A stretch of DNA of 62,912 nucleotides, filler included. It is 5 parts of 5 records of this genome, joined end to end, with 100 filler letters (N's around TTAATTAATTAA, not from the genome) between each part and the next. Parts side by side here need not be neighbours in the genome. Positions count along the whole stretch, not along the records: positions 9,575 to 21,684 come from SRR22947725_1891; positions 21,785 to 44,376 come from SRR22947725_1898; 3 more parts are not named here. The stretch is one strand, 5' to 3'. A program made the position numbers and the translations under genes. The notes beneath the pieces were generated by a model. It was not told where the DNA came from, searched no databases, and worked only from the letters and a program-made list of their open reading frames with translations. Below are positions 18,740 to 29,210 of the stretch, piece after piece (the stretch's first letter is position 1; each line of letters starts with the position of its first letter).

Positions 18740-20173
18740 ATGAATTTTAAAAATATCCTATCAAAAACAAACGTAAATGCCGACTGGATTGGTATAAGAT
18801 ACGTTGAGGAAATACAAAATATTTTATCCACAAAAAAATTATCTTTAGATAATGTTCAAAGAAATGTTACTAAAGGAGTAATGATTGATGTGCTTGTAGA
18901 TGGACAATTTTCCTACTATGCCACGCCATTTCTTGATGAGTCTCATATTTTAGAATGCATTAAAACTGCTTATAATAATGCAAAATTAGCTTCAAAATAT
19001 TCTGTATTCAAATTTGACCAGTCTACCGTAAGAGAAGGGTTTACTGGAGAATATAATACTAAGTTAGAAACTCCTTTAAGCGATTTATCTGTTACTGATA
19101 TCAAAGATATTGCATTGTTGGGTTCAAAGACTCTAATGGATCATGATAAAATTGTTCATGCAGCTACAACAGTTGAGCTTATAGAAAGAACGACAGATAT
19201 TGTCAGTACATCAGGTGCTGATATACATCAAAAAATGGATATAGTCTTAGTTGAGCTGTCTTCAACTGCTCAGAACAAGCATGACTCTCAAACTAGAAGT
19301 AATCATGGAATGAGAGGACACTGCTTCCAAGCAGGTGCAGAATTTTTAAAAGAGTATAATATAGAAGACGAAGCTAATCAGATTTCATTACAAGCTTTAG
19401 ATTTATTGAATGCTGAGCAATGCCCAACTGAAGTTATGGACCTAGTATTAGCTCCAGACCAAATGATGTTACAAATCCATGAGAGCGTTGGACATCCCCT
19501 TGAATTAGATAGAATCTTAGGAGATGAAAGAAATTTTGCAGGTTCAAGTTTCGTCAATCTTGAAGATTTTGGTTCATTACAATACGGTTCAGATTTGATG
19601 AATATTGTATTTGATCCAACTATTGAAAATCAATTAGCTACTTATAGTTTTGATGACGGAGGAATGCCTGCTAAGAAAGAGCATTTAATTAAAGATGGTA
19701 TATTAGTTAGAGGACTTGGAGGGATTGAAAGCCAAATTCGATCGGGCATAAATGGTGTTTCAAATTTAAGGGCATCTTCATGGAACAGAATTCCAATAGA
19801 TCGTATGGCTAACATCAATCTTGAGATTGGTGAGTCATCGAGAGATGAGATAATTGGTAGCGTAGAAAGAGGCGTATATATGGAAAGCAATCGATCTTGG
19901 TCAATTGATGATTATAGAAATAAATTTCAATTTGGCTGTGAGTATGGACGTCTTATAGAAGATGGCGTGTTAACTAAGGTAGTAAAAAATCCAAACTATA
20001 GAGGTATTACTAATCCATTCTGGAGAAGCCTATCCATGGTAGGTGATTTGGATACATTCGAAATCTTTGGTACCCCTAATTGTGGTAAAGGAGAGCCGAA
20101 TCAAGTTGAAAGAGTTGGACATGCTTCGCCTTTATGCAAGTTTGATAAAACACAAGTTTTTGGAGGAGTGTAA
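18740..20173 (+). CDS. tldD: TldD family metalloprotease subunit
   Basis: HESVGH (HExxxH), YSFDDGG, PIDRMAN, C-terminal CGKG. Confidence 0.9.
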   Translation: MNFKNILSKTNVNADWIGIRYVEEIQNILSTKKLSLDNVQRNVTKGVMIDVLVDGQFSYYATPFLDESHILECIKTAYNNAKLASKYSVFKFDQSTVREGFTGEYNTKLETPLSDLSVTDIKDIALLGSKTLMDHDKIVHAATTVELIERTTDIVSTSGADIHQKMDIVLVELSSTAQNKHDSQTRSNHGMRGHCFQAGAEFLKEYNIEDEANQISLQALDLLNAEQCPTEVMDLVLAPDQMMLQIHESVGHPLELDRILGDERNFAGSSFVNLEDFGSLQYGSDLMNIVFDPTIENQLATYSFDDGGMPAKKEHLIKDGILVRGLGGIESQIRSGINGVSNLRASSWNRIPIDRMANINLEIGESSRDEIIGSVERGVYMESNRSWSIDDYRNKFQFGCEYGRLIEDGVLTKVVKNPNYRGITNPFWRSLSMVGDLDTFEIFGTPNCGKGEPNQVERVGHASPLCKFDKTQVFGGV

Positions 20174-21514
20174 ATGAAAAAAGAAATATATAGCTCAATA
20201 TGTTCTCAGGTGTATTCAACCTTAAAAGAAGGTGAAGGACTGACAATTTACATGGAGGGTGAGAATTCCCAATATTTTAGATTTAATGATTCAAAGATTC
20301 GTCAAACTGGTATTATCGAAGATTACAAAGTAACGCTTTCATTATATCATGGAAAGAAATCGCTTCAAGCAACAACAACAGTTTCTTCGGATATAGATTA
20401 TTCTGTGAATAATCTGATATCTGAAATTAACTCCTTGCGAGAGCCGTTATCTTTAATTCCTGACAATAATTTTACAGTATTTCCTATAAAGTTTGACTCA
20501 TTAGATATGCATCGAAAGGGAGATCTTCCTAAAAGAGAAGAGATTTTAGATAGTTTGATGGATGTTATTAATAAAGATAAATTAACTGGAGTATGGACTT
20601 CAGGTAAGATTTTTAGAGCTTCATCTTCTTCGAAAGGTACAAGTCATTGGTTTGAAAAAGATTCATTTATTTTCGACTTCTCACTTATTGATGCAAAAGA
20701 AAATATGGTAAAAATATTATATCCTGGCTCAGATTGGAATGAGGACAACTTTGTAGCAGCATTTAATGACGCTTCTCATAAGTTAAAATTAATGGATAAG
20801 CCAAAAGTAGAGTTAAAACCTGGAAAGTATAGGGTATGGTTCGAGCCTCATGCTGTGGCAGACTTTGTCGATATTTTAAATTGGAATGGAGTAAGTGAAT
20901 CTTCAATAAGAAATGGATCAAGCTCTTTACTTAAAATGAGAAATGATAATGTGAAACTATCAGAGATGTTTTCTCTTGATGAATCATTTGATAGAAAATC
21001 TACATCTCCTTTTAATTCTCGCGCTGAGGTATCAGGTAATGTTAGTATTATTAAGAACGGAGAATTGAAAAATACATTAATTAATTCTAAAACTGCTCTC
21101 GAATATGGGTTGGATTCAAATTATGCTGAAGATACAAATTCATGGGGCATGGGAGAGTACTTAAGAGCACCATTAATGCATGGAGGTAATATTAAGCTCA
21201 ATGAAAGACTTAAAAGGCTGGGTACAGGTATATTTATTTCAAATATTCACTATTTGAATTGGAGCGATAATCTCGGTGGTCGCATTACAGGCTTAACGAG
21301 GTATGCATGTTATTGGGTTGAAGATGGAAAGATGGTTGCACCGATTAAAACTATGCGTTTTGATGACTCTTTCTATAATTTCTTTGGAAAAAATTTAGAA
21401 GGTGTGGGTGAAGATGTATTATCTAGGCCTGTTATTGAGACATATGACGGTAGAAATCCAGGAGAAACTACATGCCCAGGAATATTAGTTAATGATTTTG
21501 AATTAACTCTCTAA
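20174..21514 (+). CDS. TldE/PmbA-like partner subunit
   Basis: Adjacent to tldD; PGKYRVWFEP, TGLTR, VEDGKMVAPI; no HExxxH motif. Confidence 0.82.
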   Translation: MKKEIYSSICSQVYSTLKEGEGLTIYMEGENSQYFRFNDSKIRQTGIIEDYKVTLSLYHGKKSLQATTTVSSDIDYSVNNLISEINSLREPLSLIPDNNFTVFPIKFDSLDMHRKGDLPKREEILDSLMDVINKDKLTGVWTSGKIFRASSSSKGTSHWFEKDSFIFDFSLIDAKENMVKILYPGSDWNEDNFVAAFNDASHKLKLMDKPKVELKPGKYRVWFEPHAVADFVDILNWNGVSESSIRNGSSSLLKMRNDNVKLSEMFSLDESFDRKSTSPFNSRAEVSGNVSIIKNGELKNTLINSKTALEYGLDSNYAEDTNSWGMGEYLRAPLMHGGNIKLNERLKRLGTGIFISNIHYLNWSDNLGGRITGLTRYACYWVEDGKMVAPIKTMRFDDSFYNFFGKNLEGVGEDVLSRPVIETYDGRNPGETTCPGILVNDFELTL

Positions 21515-21552
21515 ATATTTATATTGGCACGTTCAACTTTTTAAAAAAGTTT

Positions 21553-21626
21553 GGCGTCGTACCCAAGTGGTCTAAGGGATCGGTTTGCAAAACCGCTATT
21601 CGTCGGTTCGAATCCGACCGACGCCT
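21553..21626 (+). tRNA. tRNA-Cys(GCA)
   Basis: GGCGTCG/CGACGCC acceptor stem, loop TTGCAAA, GGTTCGAATCC; CCA not encoded. Confidence 0.95.
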
Positions 21627-21641
21627 CTTAAAAACTTTGTT

Positions 21642-21684
21642 GCCCGGGTGGTGAAATTGGTAGACACAAGGGACTTAAAATCCC
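21642..21684 (+). tRNA. tRNA-Leu(TAA), 3' truncated
   Basis: GCCCGGGTGGTGAAATTGGTAGACAC...GGGA-CTTAAAA-TCCC. Confidence 0.9.
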
Positions 21685-21784
21685 NNNNNNNNNNNNNNNN
21701 NNNNNNNNNNNNNNNNNNNNNNNNNNNNTTAATTAATTAANNNNNNNNNNNNNNNNNNNNNNNNNNNNNNNNNNNNNNNNNNNN
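21685..21784. other. artificial contig linker
   Basis: 44 N + TTAATTAATTAA + 44 N. Confidence 0.99.
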
Positions 21785-21891
21785 ACCCAGTAAGGTATAA
21801 CAAAGGTTAATAAAAATATCATTAGCCAAAAGCCAATTGTAAGTATTGTTGCAAAAGCCAAAAAACCTAAATACTGATCAAATTCAAACAT
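21785..21891 (-). CDS. small hydrophobic membrane protein, truncated by contig end
   Basis: Manual translation MFEFDQYLGFLAFATILTIGFWLMIFLLTFVIPYW...; TATCTTTG -7 element at 21910-21917. Confidence 0.65.
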
Positions 21892-22006
21892 ATTTTTAAG
21901 AATAAGTTACAAAGATATAATCTTTAATAATCTTAAACAATTAATAATAAAAAAATTATTGAACTAAAATTCGTAAATTTGTACTCTAATTTTACATATA
22001 ATAAAT

Positions 22007-23392
22007 ATGGAATATAGGATAGAAAAAGATACATTAGGTGAAGTAAATGTACCCTTAAATAATCTGTGGGGAGCACAAACAGAGAGATCTAGAAATAACT
22101 TCAAAATTGGTCCATCGGCGTCAATGCCAATTGAAATAATTCACGCTTTTGCATATTTAAAAAAAGCAGCCGCGATTGTAAATCATGAAAAAGAAATATT
22201 AGATACAGAAAAAAAAGATTTGATATTATTAGCTTGTGATGAAATCCTAGATGGTATTCACGATGATCAATTTCCATTAGTAATATGGCAAACAGGATCT
22301 GGAACACAGACAAATATGAATGTAAATGAAGTGATCTCAAACAGATCTCATCAATTGCAAGGAAATAATTTAGGTGAAAATGAAGTATTTGTAAAACCAA
22401 ATGATGATGTAAATAAATCACAATCTTCAAATGATACTTTTCCCACAGCTATAAACATATCTTCTTACAAACTGATAATTGACAAAACAATTCCAGCATT
22501 AGAAAGTTTAAGACAAGGTTTTAGAAATAAAAGTTCTGAGTTTAAAAATATTATAAAAATTGGTAGGACCCATTTAATGGATGCCACTCCCCTTACTTTA
22601 GGTCAAGAGTTTTCAGCATATGTTTCTCAGTTAGATCACGGAATAAAAGCTTTAAAAGAATCTTTAGAACATTTAAGTGAGTTAGCTCTTGGTGGAACTG
22701 CTGTCGGAACTGGATTGAACACACCTGATGGTTATTCTAAAAGAGTAGCTACAATAATATCTGATCTAACTAAACTCCCTTTTATAAGTGCACCCAATAA
22801 GTTTGAAGCCTTAGCTTCAAATGATGCCATTGTTAGGACTCACAGTGCCTTAAAAGGAATAGCAATAACACTCAACAAAATTAGTAATGACATAAGATTT
22901 TTAGCTTCTGGACCAAGATCTGGTATTGGTGAAATTTCATTGCCAGCAAATGAGCCTGGTAGTTCTATCATGCCTGGCAAGGTAAATCCGACCCAATGTG
23001 AGGCGCTAACGATGGTTTGTGCTCATATTATAGGTAATGACACCTCTATCTCTTTTGGAGCTTCTCAAGGACATTTTCAACTCAACGTATTTAAGCCTAT
23101 GATGGCTTCAAATCTTATTGAGTCTTGCAAACTACTTGCTGATGCTTGTAATAGTTTTAATAATAATTGCTTAAAAGGAATTAAAGCTAACAAAGAAGTG
23201 ATTACGAAAAAGCTAAATAATTCTCTTATGTTAGTTACTGCCTTGAATCCAAAAATCGGATATTATAAGGCAGCTGAAATTGCAAATAAAGCTCACGAAA
23301 ATGGAACTACATTAAAAGAAGAAGCTATAAAATTAGGTTATGTATCATCTCAAGAATACGATGAATGGGTAAAACCTGAAAACATGATTTAA
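22007..23392 (+). CDS. fumC: class II fumarate hydratase
   Basis: [46 protein letters not shown] element at 21974. Confidence 0.97.
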   Translation: MEYRIEKDTLGEVNVPLNNLWGAQTERSRNNFKIGPSASMPIEIIHAFAYLKKAAAIVNHEKEILDTEKKDLILLACDEILDGIHDDQFPLVIWQTGSGTQTNMNVNEVISNRSHQLQGNNLGENEVFVKPNDDVNKSQSSNDTFPTAINISSYKLIIDKTIPALESLRQGFRNKSSEFKNIIKIGRTHLMDATPLTLGQEFSAYVSQLDHGIKALKESLEHLSELALGGTAVGTGLNTPDGYSKRVATIISDLTKLPFISAPNKFEALASNDAIVRTHSALKGIAITLNKISNDIRFLASGPRSGIGEISLPANEPGSSIMPGKVNPTQCEALTMVCAHIIGNDTSISFGASQGHFQLNVFKPMMASNLIESCKLLADACNSFNNNCLKGIKANKEVITKKLNNSLMLVTALNPKIGYYKAAEIANKAHENGTTLKEEAIKLGYVSSQEYDEWVKPENMI

Positions 23393-23400
23393 AAAAATAA

Positions 23401-24645
23401 ATGTCTCAAATTCTTCTAATAAATATAAAAAATCTTTTACAAGTAAGAGAACTTGAAACATCTTATGTTTCTGGTAAGGAAATGAGTGTAATTCCATTTA
23501 TCAAATCTGCATATTTATTGATTGATAATGGTAAAATTAAAGACTTCGGAGAAATGAAAAACTCTCCAAAAAATTTAGAGAACTTTAATATTGTTGATTG
23601 TAAAGGTAAAATGGTTTTACCGTCTTGGTGTGATTCCCATACTCATATTGTTTATGCAGGAAACAGGTCCAATGAATTTATTGACAGAATCAAAGGTCTA
23701 AGTTATAATGAAATCGCTAATAATGGTGGTGGTATATTAAATTCGGTTGATATTTTAAGAAATACAAATGAAGAGGATTTATTAAAACAGTCTTCGAATA
23801 GAATTAAAGAAGTAATTAATCAAGGAACAGGCGCAATAGAAATTAAATCAGGTTATGGTTTAAATTTGCAATCAGAAAAAAAAATGCTCCAAGTTATTTC
23901 TAAAATTAAAAAACAAAATGATATAATAGTTAAATCAACTTTTTTAGGTGCTCATGCTTTTCCAAGAGAATTTACAAATAACAAAAAAGAATATATCGAT
24001 CTTATTGTAAATAGAATGATGCCTGAATATTATGAAGCGAGACTACTAGATTATGTTGATATTTTTTGTGAAAAGGGATATTTTAACATAGAACAATCGG
24101 AAAGTATTTTATCAAGAGCAAAAGAACTTGGGATAAAGTCCAAAATTCATGTGAATCAATTCAATTCATTTGGTGGAATTAAATTAGCGTTAAAATATAA
24201 TGCATTATCTGTTGATCACTTAGAGGTACTAACTGACCAGGATTTGATTGATCTTAAAGGTGGCTCTACTATTCCAGTTGCATTGCCAACTTGTTCTTAT
24301 TTTTTAGGAATTAACTATACTCCTGCAAGAAAGATAATTGATAATGGTTTACCATTAGCTATTGCTAGTGATTATAATCCTGGATCCTCACCTAGTGGGA
24401 ATATGAACTTTGTCGTAAGTACAGCATGTATTAAAATGAAGCTAACTGCAGAGGAAGCTATAAATGCAGCAACGATAAATGGAGCATATGCTATGGGTAT
24501 AAGTGACAAAGTTGGAAGTATTACCAAAGGTAAAATTGCCAATTTAATTGTAACAGAAAATATAAGTTCAATAAATGAAATTCCATACTCGTTTGGAAGT
24601 AAAAAAATAAGTAAAGTTATTTTAGCAGGAAAAATAATTAATTAA
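23401..24645 (+). CDS. hutI: imidazolonepropionase
   Basis: DSHTH, EIKSGYGL, FLGAH, DIFCE, SVDHLE, DYNPGS. Confidence 0.95.
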   Translation: MSQILLINIKNLLQVRELETSYVSGKEMSVIPFIKSAYLLIDNGKIKDFGEMKNSPKNLENFNIVDCKGKMVLPSWCDSHTHIVYAGNRSNEFIDRIKGLSYNEIANNGGGILNSVDILRNTNEEDLLKQSSNRIKEVINQGTGAIEIKSGYGLNLQSEKKMLQVISKIKKQNDIIVKSTFLGAHAFPREFTNNKKEYIDLIVNRMMPEYYEARLLDYVDIFCEKGYFNIEQSESILSRAKELGIKSKIHVNQFNSFGGIKLALKYNALSVDHLEVLTDQDLIDLKGGSTIPVALPTCSYFLGINYTPARKIIDNGLPLAIASDYNPGSSPSGNMNFVVSTACIKMKLTAEEAINAATINGAYAMGISDKVGSITKGKIANLIVTENISSINEIPYSFGSKKISKVILAGKIIN

Positions 24646-26326
24646 GTTGTTTTTCAACTAATTCTAAAATTTCGGCCTCAATTCTATTAGTATCATTTAC
24701 GATTACCTTACCTTTTTTTAGAATACTTGAAACAAATTTTTTGTCTTTTAAGTCTTTACAATTAATTTTTACATTTAAAAATGCACCCATAACAGCAGTA
24801 CGGATACAAAGAGCAGCAACTCCTGCATCTGAAATTGAATTTGGATTACCTAGTTCTGTCATACATTTTATACTTTCTAAACAAGCAAACGAAGTCTCCA
24901 TAATTTTAAAAGGAACTTCAATTGCATTCTTTGTTGCTGATTCTAAAGCATTAGATCGATTTAATTTTTCCTCGCCTGTATCCTTTGGTAATGATACAGC
25001 AGACATTATTTTATTAAATGCTTTAGTATCCTCATCTACAAGATTAACCAAAGTGTTTTGAAAGTTAAGGCTTTTCTCACCCCATTTTGAATAAAATTCC
25101 CATTTATCATCCCATCCTCTTTTATTTGCTGATAAGTTAGCAACCATAGTCGATAAAGCTGCACCTAGTGCGCCTGTATAAGCAGAAATAGAACCTCCTC
25201 CTGGCGCAGGAGATTCACTAGAAGTCTTATTAGCAAAATCTATTAATGTCATATTAGCTAAAAAATGATTCTCATTTTTTAAAGCATATTCGATTATACG
25301 TTCATCTTGATTAAAAGGTTGTAATTCATCTAAACCTAAAGTTTTAACTGCAATTTGAATGATATCTCTTTCAGGAATAGCAAGGGATCTACTTTGTTTT
25401 TTTAAAAAATATTTACCTGCGTCAATTAGAACTTTTTTTGGAACTAAACCTATTAACTCAGAACCTGTTACCCTTAAACCTCTGGCAGTAGCTCTTTCGC
25501 AAGTTTTTTCAAAGACATCATGTAAACTTGTTACATTAATATTAGTCAAATTATAAGAAATTTGTGCTATTCCATATTCCTCAATATACCAACCTATTCC
25601 TTTTAAGTTCTTAAATAATCCTGGTTGTCTTAAAGGATTACCTTTACTGTCCTTTATTATTTTTCCAGAAATTTTATCACCCTCGCGTTTAATTCTACCT
25701 GCTTCCCTTAGATCAAATGCTATAGCATTAGCTCTTCTTGAGGATGTGGAATTTAAATTAATATTATAAGCAATTAAAAAATCTCGTGCTGAAATTGCTG
25801 TTACTCCAGATTTGACTACACTTTCATTAAAATCGTTTGGACCATAATCTGGTTTCCATTCTTTAGTAATGATTTTCTTTGATAAACCTTCATATTCTCC
25901 AGATCTACAATTTGATAAATTAATACGTTTTTGCTCTTTCGCCGCATATTCATAGCAATAAACTGGAATATTTAAATCATTCCCTACTCTTTTACTTAAT
26001 TTATGTGCATATTCAACAGTCTCTTCCATTGAAATATTAGAAATAGGTATTAAAGGACATACATCAACAGCTCCCATTCTAGGATGCTCTCCTTTGTGAA
26101 GACTCATATTAATAAGCTCTTGAGCCTTTTGTATTAATAAAAAAGCAGCTTCAATAACTTTTTCAGGTTCACCTACAAAAGTGATGACTGTTCTGTTTGT
26201 TGCTTTTCCAGGGTCTACATTTAATAATTTAACACCATCGACAGAATCTACAACATCAACAATTTTATCAATTATAATTTTATTTCTACCCTCTGAAATA
26301 TTAGGAACACATTCAATTAATTGCAT
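24638..26326 (-). CDS. ftcD: bifunctional glutamate formimidoyltransferase/cyclodeaminase
   Basis: ECVPNISEGR, HPRMGAVD, PAPGGGS, GNPNSISDAGVA. Confidence 0.93.
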   Translation of the reverse strand: MQLIECVPNISEGRNKIIIDKIVDVVDSVDGVKLLNVDPGKATNRTVITFVGEPEKVIEAAFLLIQKAQELINMSLHKGEHPRMGAVDVCPLIPISNISMEETVEYAHKLSKRVGNDLNIPVYCYEYAAKEQKRINLSNCRSGEYEGLSKKIITKEWKPDYGPNDFNESVVKSGVTAISARDFLIAYNINLNSTSSRRANAIAFDLREAGRIKREGDKISGKIIKDSKGNPLRQPGLFKNLKGIGWYIEEYGIAQISYNLTNINVTSLHDVFEKTCERATARGLRVTGSELIGLVPKKVLIDAGKYFLKKQSRSLAIPERDIIQIAVKTLGLDELQPFNQDERIIEYALKNENHFLANMTLIDFANKTSSESPAPGGGSISAYTGALGAALSTMVANLSANKRGWDDKWEFYSKWGEKSLNFQNTLVNLVDEDTKAFNKIMSAVSLPKDTGEEKLNRSNALESATKNAIEVPFKIMETSFACLESIKCMTELGNPNSISDAGVAALCIRTAVMGAFLNVKINCKDLKDKKFVSSILKKGKVIVNDTNRIEAEILELVEKQLN

Positions 26327-26389
26327 AGTATTTATTATTAATTAAATATATTAATATTAAATTTAATTATTCAAATAATTCAGTTATTA

Positions 26390-26854
26390 ATGAAAATCAG
26401 CTTTAAAAATTTTAAAACCGAATATTCATCTAAATTTTACGATTTAAATATTGAATGGTTAGAAAAATATTTTTGTGTTGAAGATTATGATAAAGAGGTC
26501 TTAAGCAAACCTGAAAAGTATATAATTAAAAAAGGTGGAATTATTTTGTTTGCTGAATTTAACAATGATATTGTGGGCACTGTAGCATTAATGCCAACAA
26601 ATAATAAATATACATTTGAATTAACTAAGATGGCCGTAAATCCAAATTACAGGAATAATAAAATTGGACAGAAATTACTCGTAAAAATTATATTAATTGC
26701 TAAAAAAATGAGTTTAAAAAAGATAATTTTATATTCAAACAAAAAATTAAAAAATGCTATACACTTGTATTTAAAATACAATTTTATTGAAATTGCTCTT
26801 GAAGATAATTGTCCGTACGTCAGAGCAAATATAAAAATGGAATTATCTATCTAA
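26390..26854 (+). CDS. GNAT family N-acetyltransferase
   Basis: VGTVAL, ELTKMAVNPNYRNNKIG, AIHLY acetyl-CoA-binding pattern. Confidence 0.88.
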   Translation: MKISFKNFKTEYSSKFYDLNIEWLEKYFCVEDYDKEVLSKPEKYIIKKGGIILFAEFNNDIVGTVALMPTNNKYTFELTKMAVNPNYRNNKIGQKLLVKIILIAKKMSLKKIILYSNKKLKNAIHLYLKYNFIEIALEDNCPYVRANIKMELSI

Positions 26855-28538
26855 TTAATTTCCTATACTTTATCCTTGTAGGCAAAACTTCTTTTCCTAA
26901 TCTTTTCTTTTTATTTTCTTCATATTCACTGTAAGCACCTTCAAAAAAATATACTTCAGAGTTTCCTTCAAACGCTAGAATGTGAGTACAAACTCTGTCT
27001 AAAAACCATCTATCATGACTTATAACTACAGCACAACCAGCAAAACTCTCTAAACCTTCTTCCAGTGCTCTTAATGTGTTAACATCTAAATCATTAGTCG
27101 GTTCATCTAAAAGTAAAACATTGCCTTCTTCTTTTAATGTCATAGCTAAATGAAGCCTATTTCTTTCACCACCAGATAATAGTTTAACTTTTTTATTTTG
27201 TTCACTCCCACTAAAATTAAATCTACTTAAATAAGCTCTAGAATTTACTTGTCTATTACCCATCATTATAAGTTCTTGGCCATCTGAAAAATTTTCCCAA
27301 ATACTTTTATCAAGGTCAATATTTGCATGGGATTGATCAACATATGCGATTTTTGCAGTTTCGCCAATCAAAAACTCACCTTTATCAGGGTTAAGTTCTT
27401 TCATAATCATTTTAAATATGGTTGTTTTTCCAGCTCCATTTGGGCCAATAATACCAACAATTCCAGCTTGAGGCAAATTAAACTCAAGGTTATCATAAAG
27501 CAACTTGTCATCAAAAGCTTTACTTACGTTAATAGAGTTAATAACATTTGTTCCAAGTCGTGGACCATTTGGAATAAATATTTCTAATTTTTCGTCGAGT
27601 TTTTTTTGATCTTGATTCAATAACTTATCATAGTTACTTAATCTTGCTTTTTGTTTTGTTTGTCTTCCCTTGGCACCTTGTCTAACCCAATCTAATTCTC
27701 TTTCTAGAATCTTTTGTCTTTTTGATGCTGTTTTACTTTCTTGAGCTAATCTTGTTGATTTTTGATCCAACCAAGAAGAATAATTTCCTTTCCATGGGAT
27801 ACCCTCTCCTCTATCTAATTCTAAAATCCATCCAGCTACATTATCTAAAAAATATCTATCATGAGTTACAGCAATAACCGTCCCTTTATATCTTGCCAAG
27901 TGCTGTTCTAACCAATCAACTGATACAGCATCTAAATGATTCGTAGGCTCATCTAATAATAATACATCAGGTTCTTGTAATAGCAATCTACATAAGGCAA
28001 CCCTTCTTCTTTCACCACCAGATAAAAATTTAATTTTTTTATCAGAACTTGGAGTTCTTAAAGCATCCATTGCAATTTCTAATTTAGTGTCTAATTCCCA
28101 TGCATTAGATGCATCAATCATATCTTGAAGAATAGACTGTCTATCCATTAGCTTTTGCATTTTATCAGCATTAGAGTATACTTCTTCTAAACCAAATTGG
28201 TCGTTTATTGAATTATATTCGTCTAATATAGCGACTGTTTCTCCTACACCTTCTTTAACAATTTCTAATACAGTTTTATCATCATTAAGAACAGGTTCTT
28301 GTTCTAACATACCAACAGAGTAATCTTGTAAAAATGTAATATCTCCTTGAAAATTCTTATCAATTCCAGCAATAATCTTTAGTAAGGTAGATTTACCTGA
28401 GCCGTTTAAACCAAGAATTCCAATTTTAGCTCCATAAAAGAAGCTTAAATAAATATTTTTTAATACTGGCTTACTTTCTCCTGAAAATGTCTTAGATAAA
28501 CCAGACATTGAAAATATTATCTTTTTATCATTACTCAT
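26847..28538 (-). CDS. ettA: energy-dependent translational throttle protein (ABC-F)
   Basis: Two ABC domains (GLNGSGKST; GPNGAGKTT), GEGIPWKGNYSSWL, IPNGPRLG. Confidence 0.95.
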   Translation of the reverse strand: MSNDKKIIFSMSGLSKTFSGESKPVLKNIYLSFFYGAKIGILGLNGSGKSTLLKIIAGIDKNFQGDITFLQDYSVGMLEQEPVLNDDKTVLEIVKEGVGETVAILDEYNSINDQFGLEEVYSNADKMQKLMDRQSILQDMIDASNAWELDTKLEIAMDALRTPSSDKKIKFLSGGERRRVALCRLLLQEPDVLLLDEPTNHLDAVSVDWLEQHLARYKGTVIAVTHDRYFLDNVAGWILELDRGEGIPWKGNYSSWLDQKSTRLAQESKTASKRQKILERELDWVRQGAKGRQTKQKARLSNYDKLLNQDQKKLDEKLEIFIPNGPRLGTNVINSINVSKAFDDKLLYDNLEFNLPQAGIVGIIGPNGAGKTTIFKMIMKELNPDKGEFLIGETAKIAYVDQSHANIDLDKSIWENFSDGQELIMMGNRQVNSRAYLSRFNFSGSEQNKKVKLLSGGERNRLHLAMTLKEEGNVLLLDEPTNDLDVNTLRALEEGLESFAGCAVVISHDRWFLDRVCTHILAFEGNSEVYFFEGAYSEYEENKKKRLGKEVLPTRIKYRKLIR

Positions 28539-28723
28539 TAAACTCTCCCTTTAAGGGCATAAAAAACCCATGCATTAGCAAAAAAACCTATACCAACTGA
28601 AACAAATCCCCAACCAGCTACTTCATTGTACTTAAAAGCTCCAAGAGCTACAAGCACTAGGCCTATAATTATCATTATAAAGGTTGCCCAACCAAGAACT
28701 GTATTTTTATTCATCATTTTCAT
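28538..28723 (-). CDS. small two-TM conserved flavobacterial membrane protein
   Basis: 61 aa with two hydrophobic segments; overlaps the ettA start. Confidence 0.7.
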   Translation of the reverse strand: MKMMNKNTVLGWATFIMIIIGLVLVALGAFKYNEVAGWGFVSVGIGFFANAWVFYALKGRV

Positions 28724-28729
28724 ATTTAG

Positions 28730-29176
28730 TTATGATTTATTTTTTTTTCTTCTTTTTTTCTTTTTTTCTTTTTTTTCACTCTCAAAATCCATTTCGATAT
28801 ATTTAGCGACTTCTTCTGAAGTTAAAATAGAATTGAGAGATTTCACAAATTGAAACTCATTTAATTTAAGTTTGCTTTGTCTAACATCTCTTGTAAAATC
28901 TTCATTTTCTACAATTATATTATAATTTTCCATTTTATCAATCAGTAAACCTTTAAGGATTTGCATTTCAAATTCATCTAACATAAATTCATCCTTACAT
29001 TTAGGTAATACTTTATCTAGTTCTTTGTAAATATCTAAGGTTGACACATATGCAGAACTATCATATTTTGGCATTGGAGCATATCCTCTTTGACCTCTTT
29101 GAACGTTATTTAATTGTTGTGAGTAAGATAATGTTGAAAACAAACAAATTAGTAGTGACAGCAATGGCTTTTTCAT
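28730..29176 (-). CDS. hypothetical secreted protein with Lys-rich C-terminal tail
   Basis: Signal-peptide-like N-terminus; ends EKKEKKKKRRKKNKS. Confidence 0.65.
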   Translation of the reverse strand: MKKPLLSLLICLFSTLSYSQQLNNVQRGQRGYAPMPKYDSSAYVSTLDIYKELDKVLPKCKDEFMLDEFEMQILKGLLIDKMENYNIIVENEDFTRDVRQSKLKLNEFQFVKSLNSILTSEEVAKYIEMDFESEKKEKKKKRRKKNKS

Positions 29177-29210
29177 CGAAAAAATATTTTTTACTAAACT
29201 AGTAAAATTA

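Noticed and set aside
23401..26326. hutI convergent with bifunctional ftcD as a novel pathway
   Set aside because: Known folate-dependent histidine degradation route; hutH and hutU may lie elsewhere.
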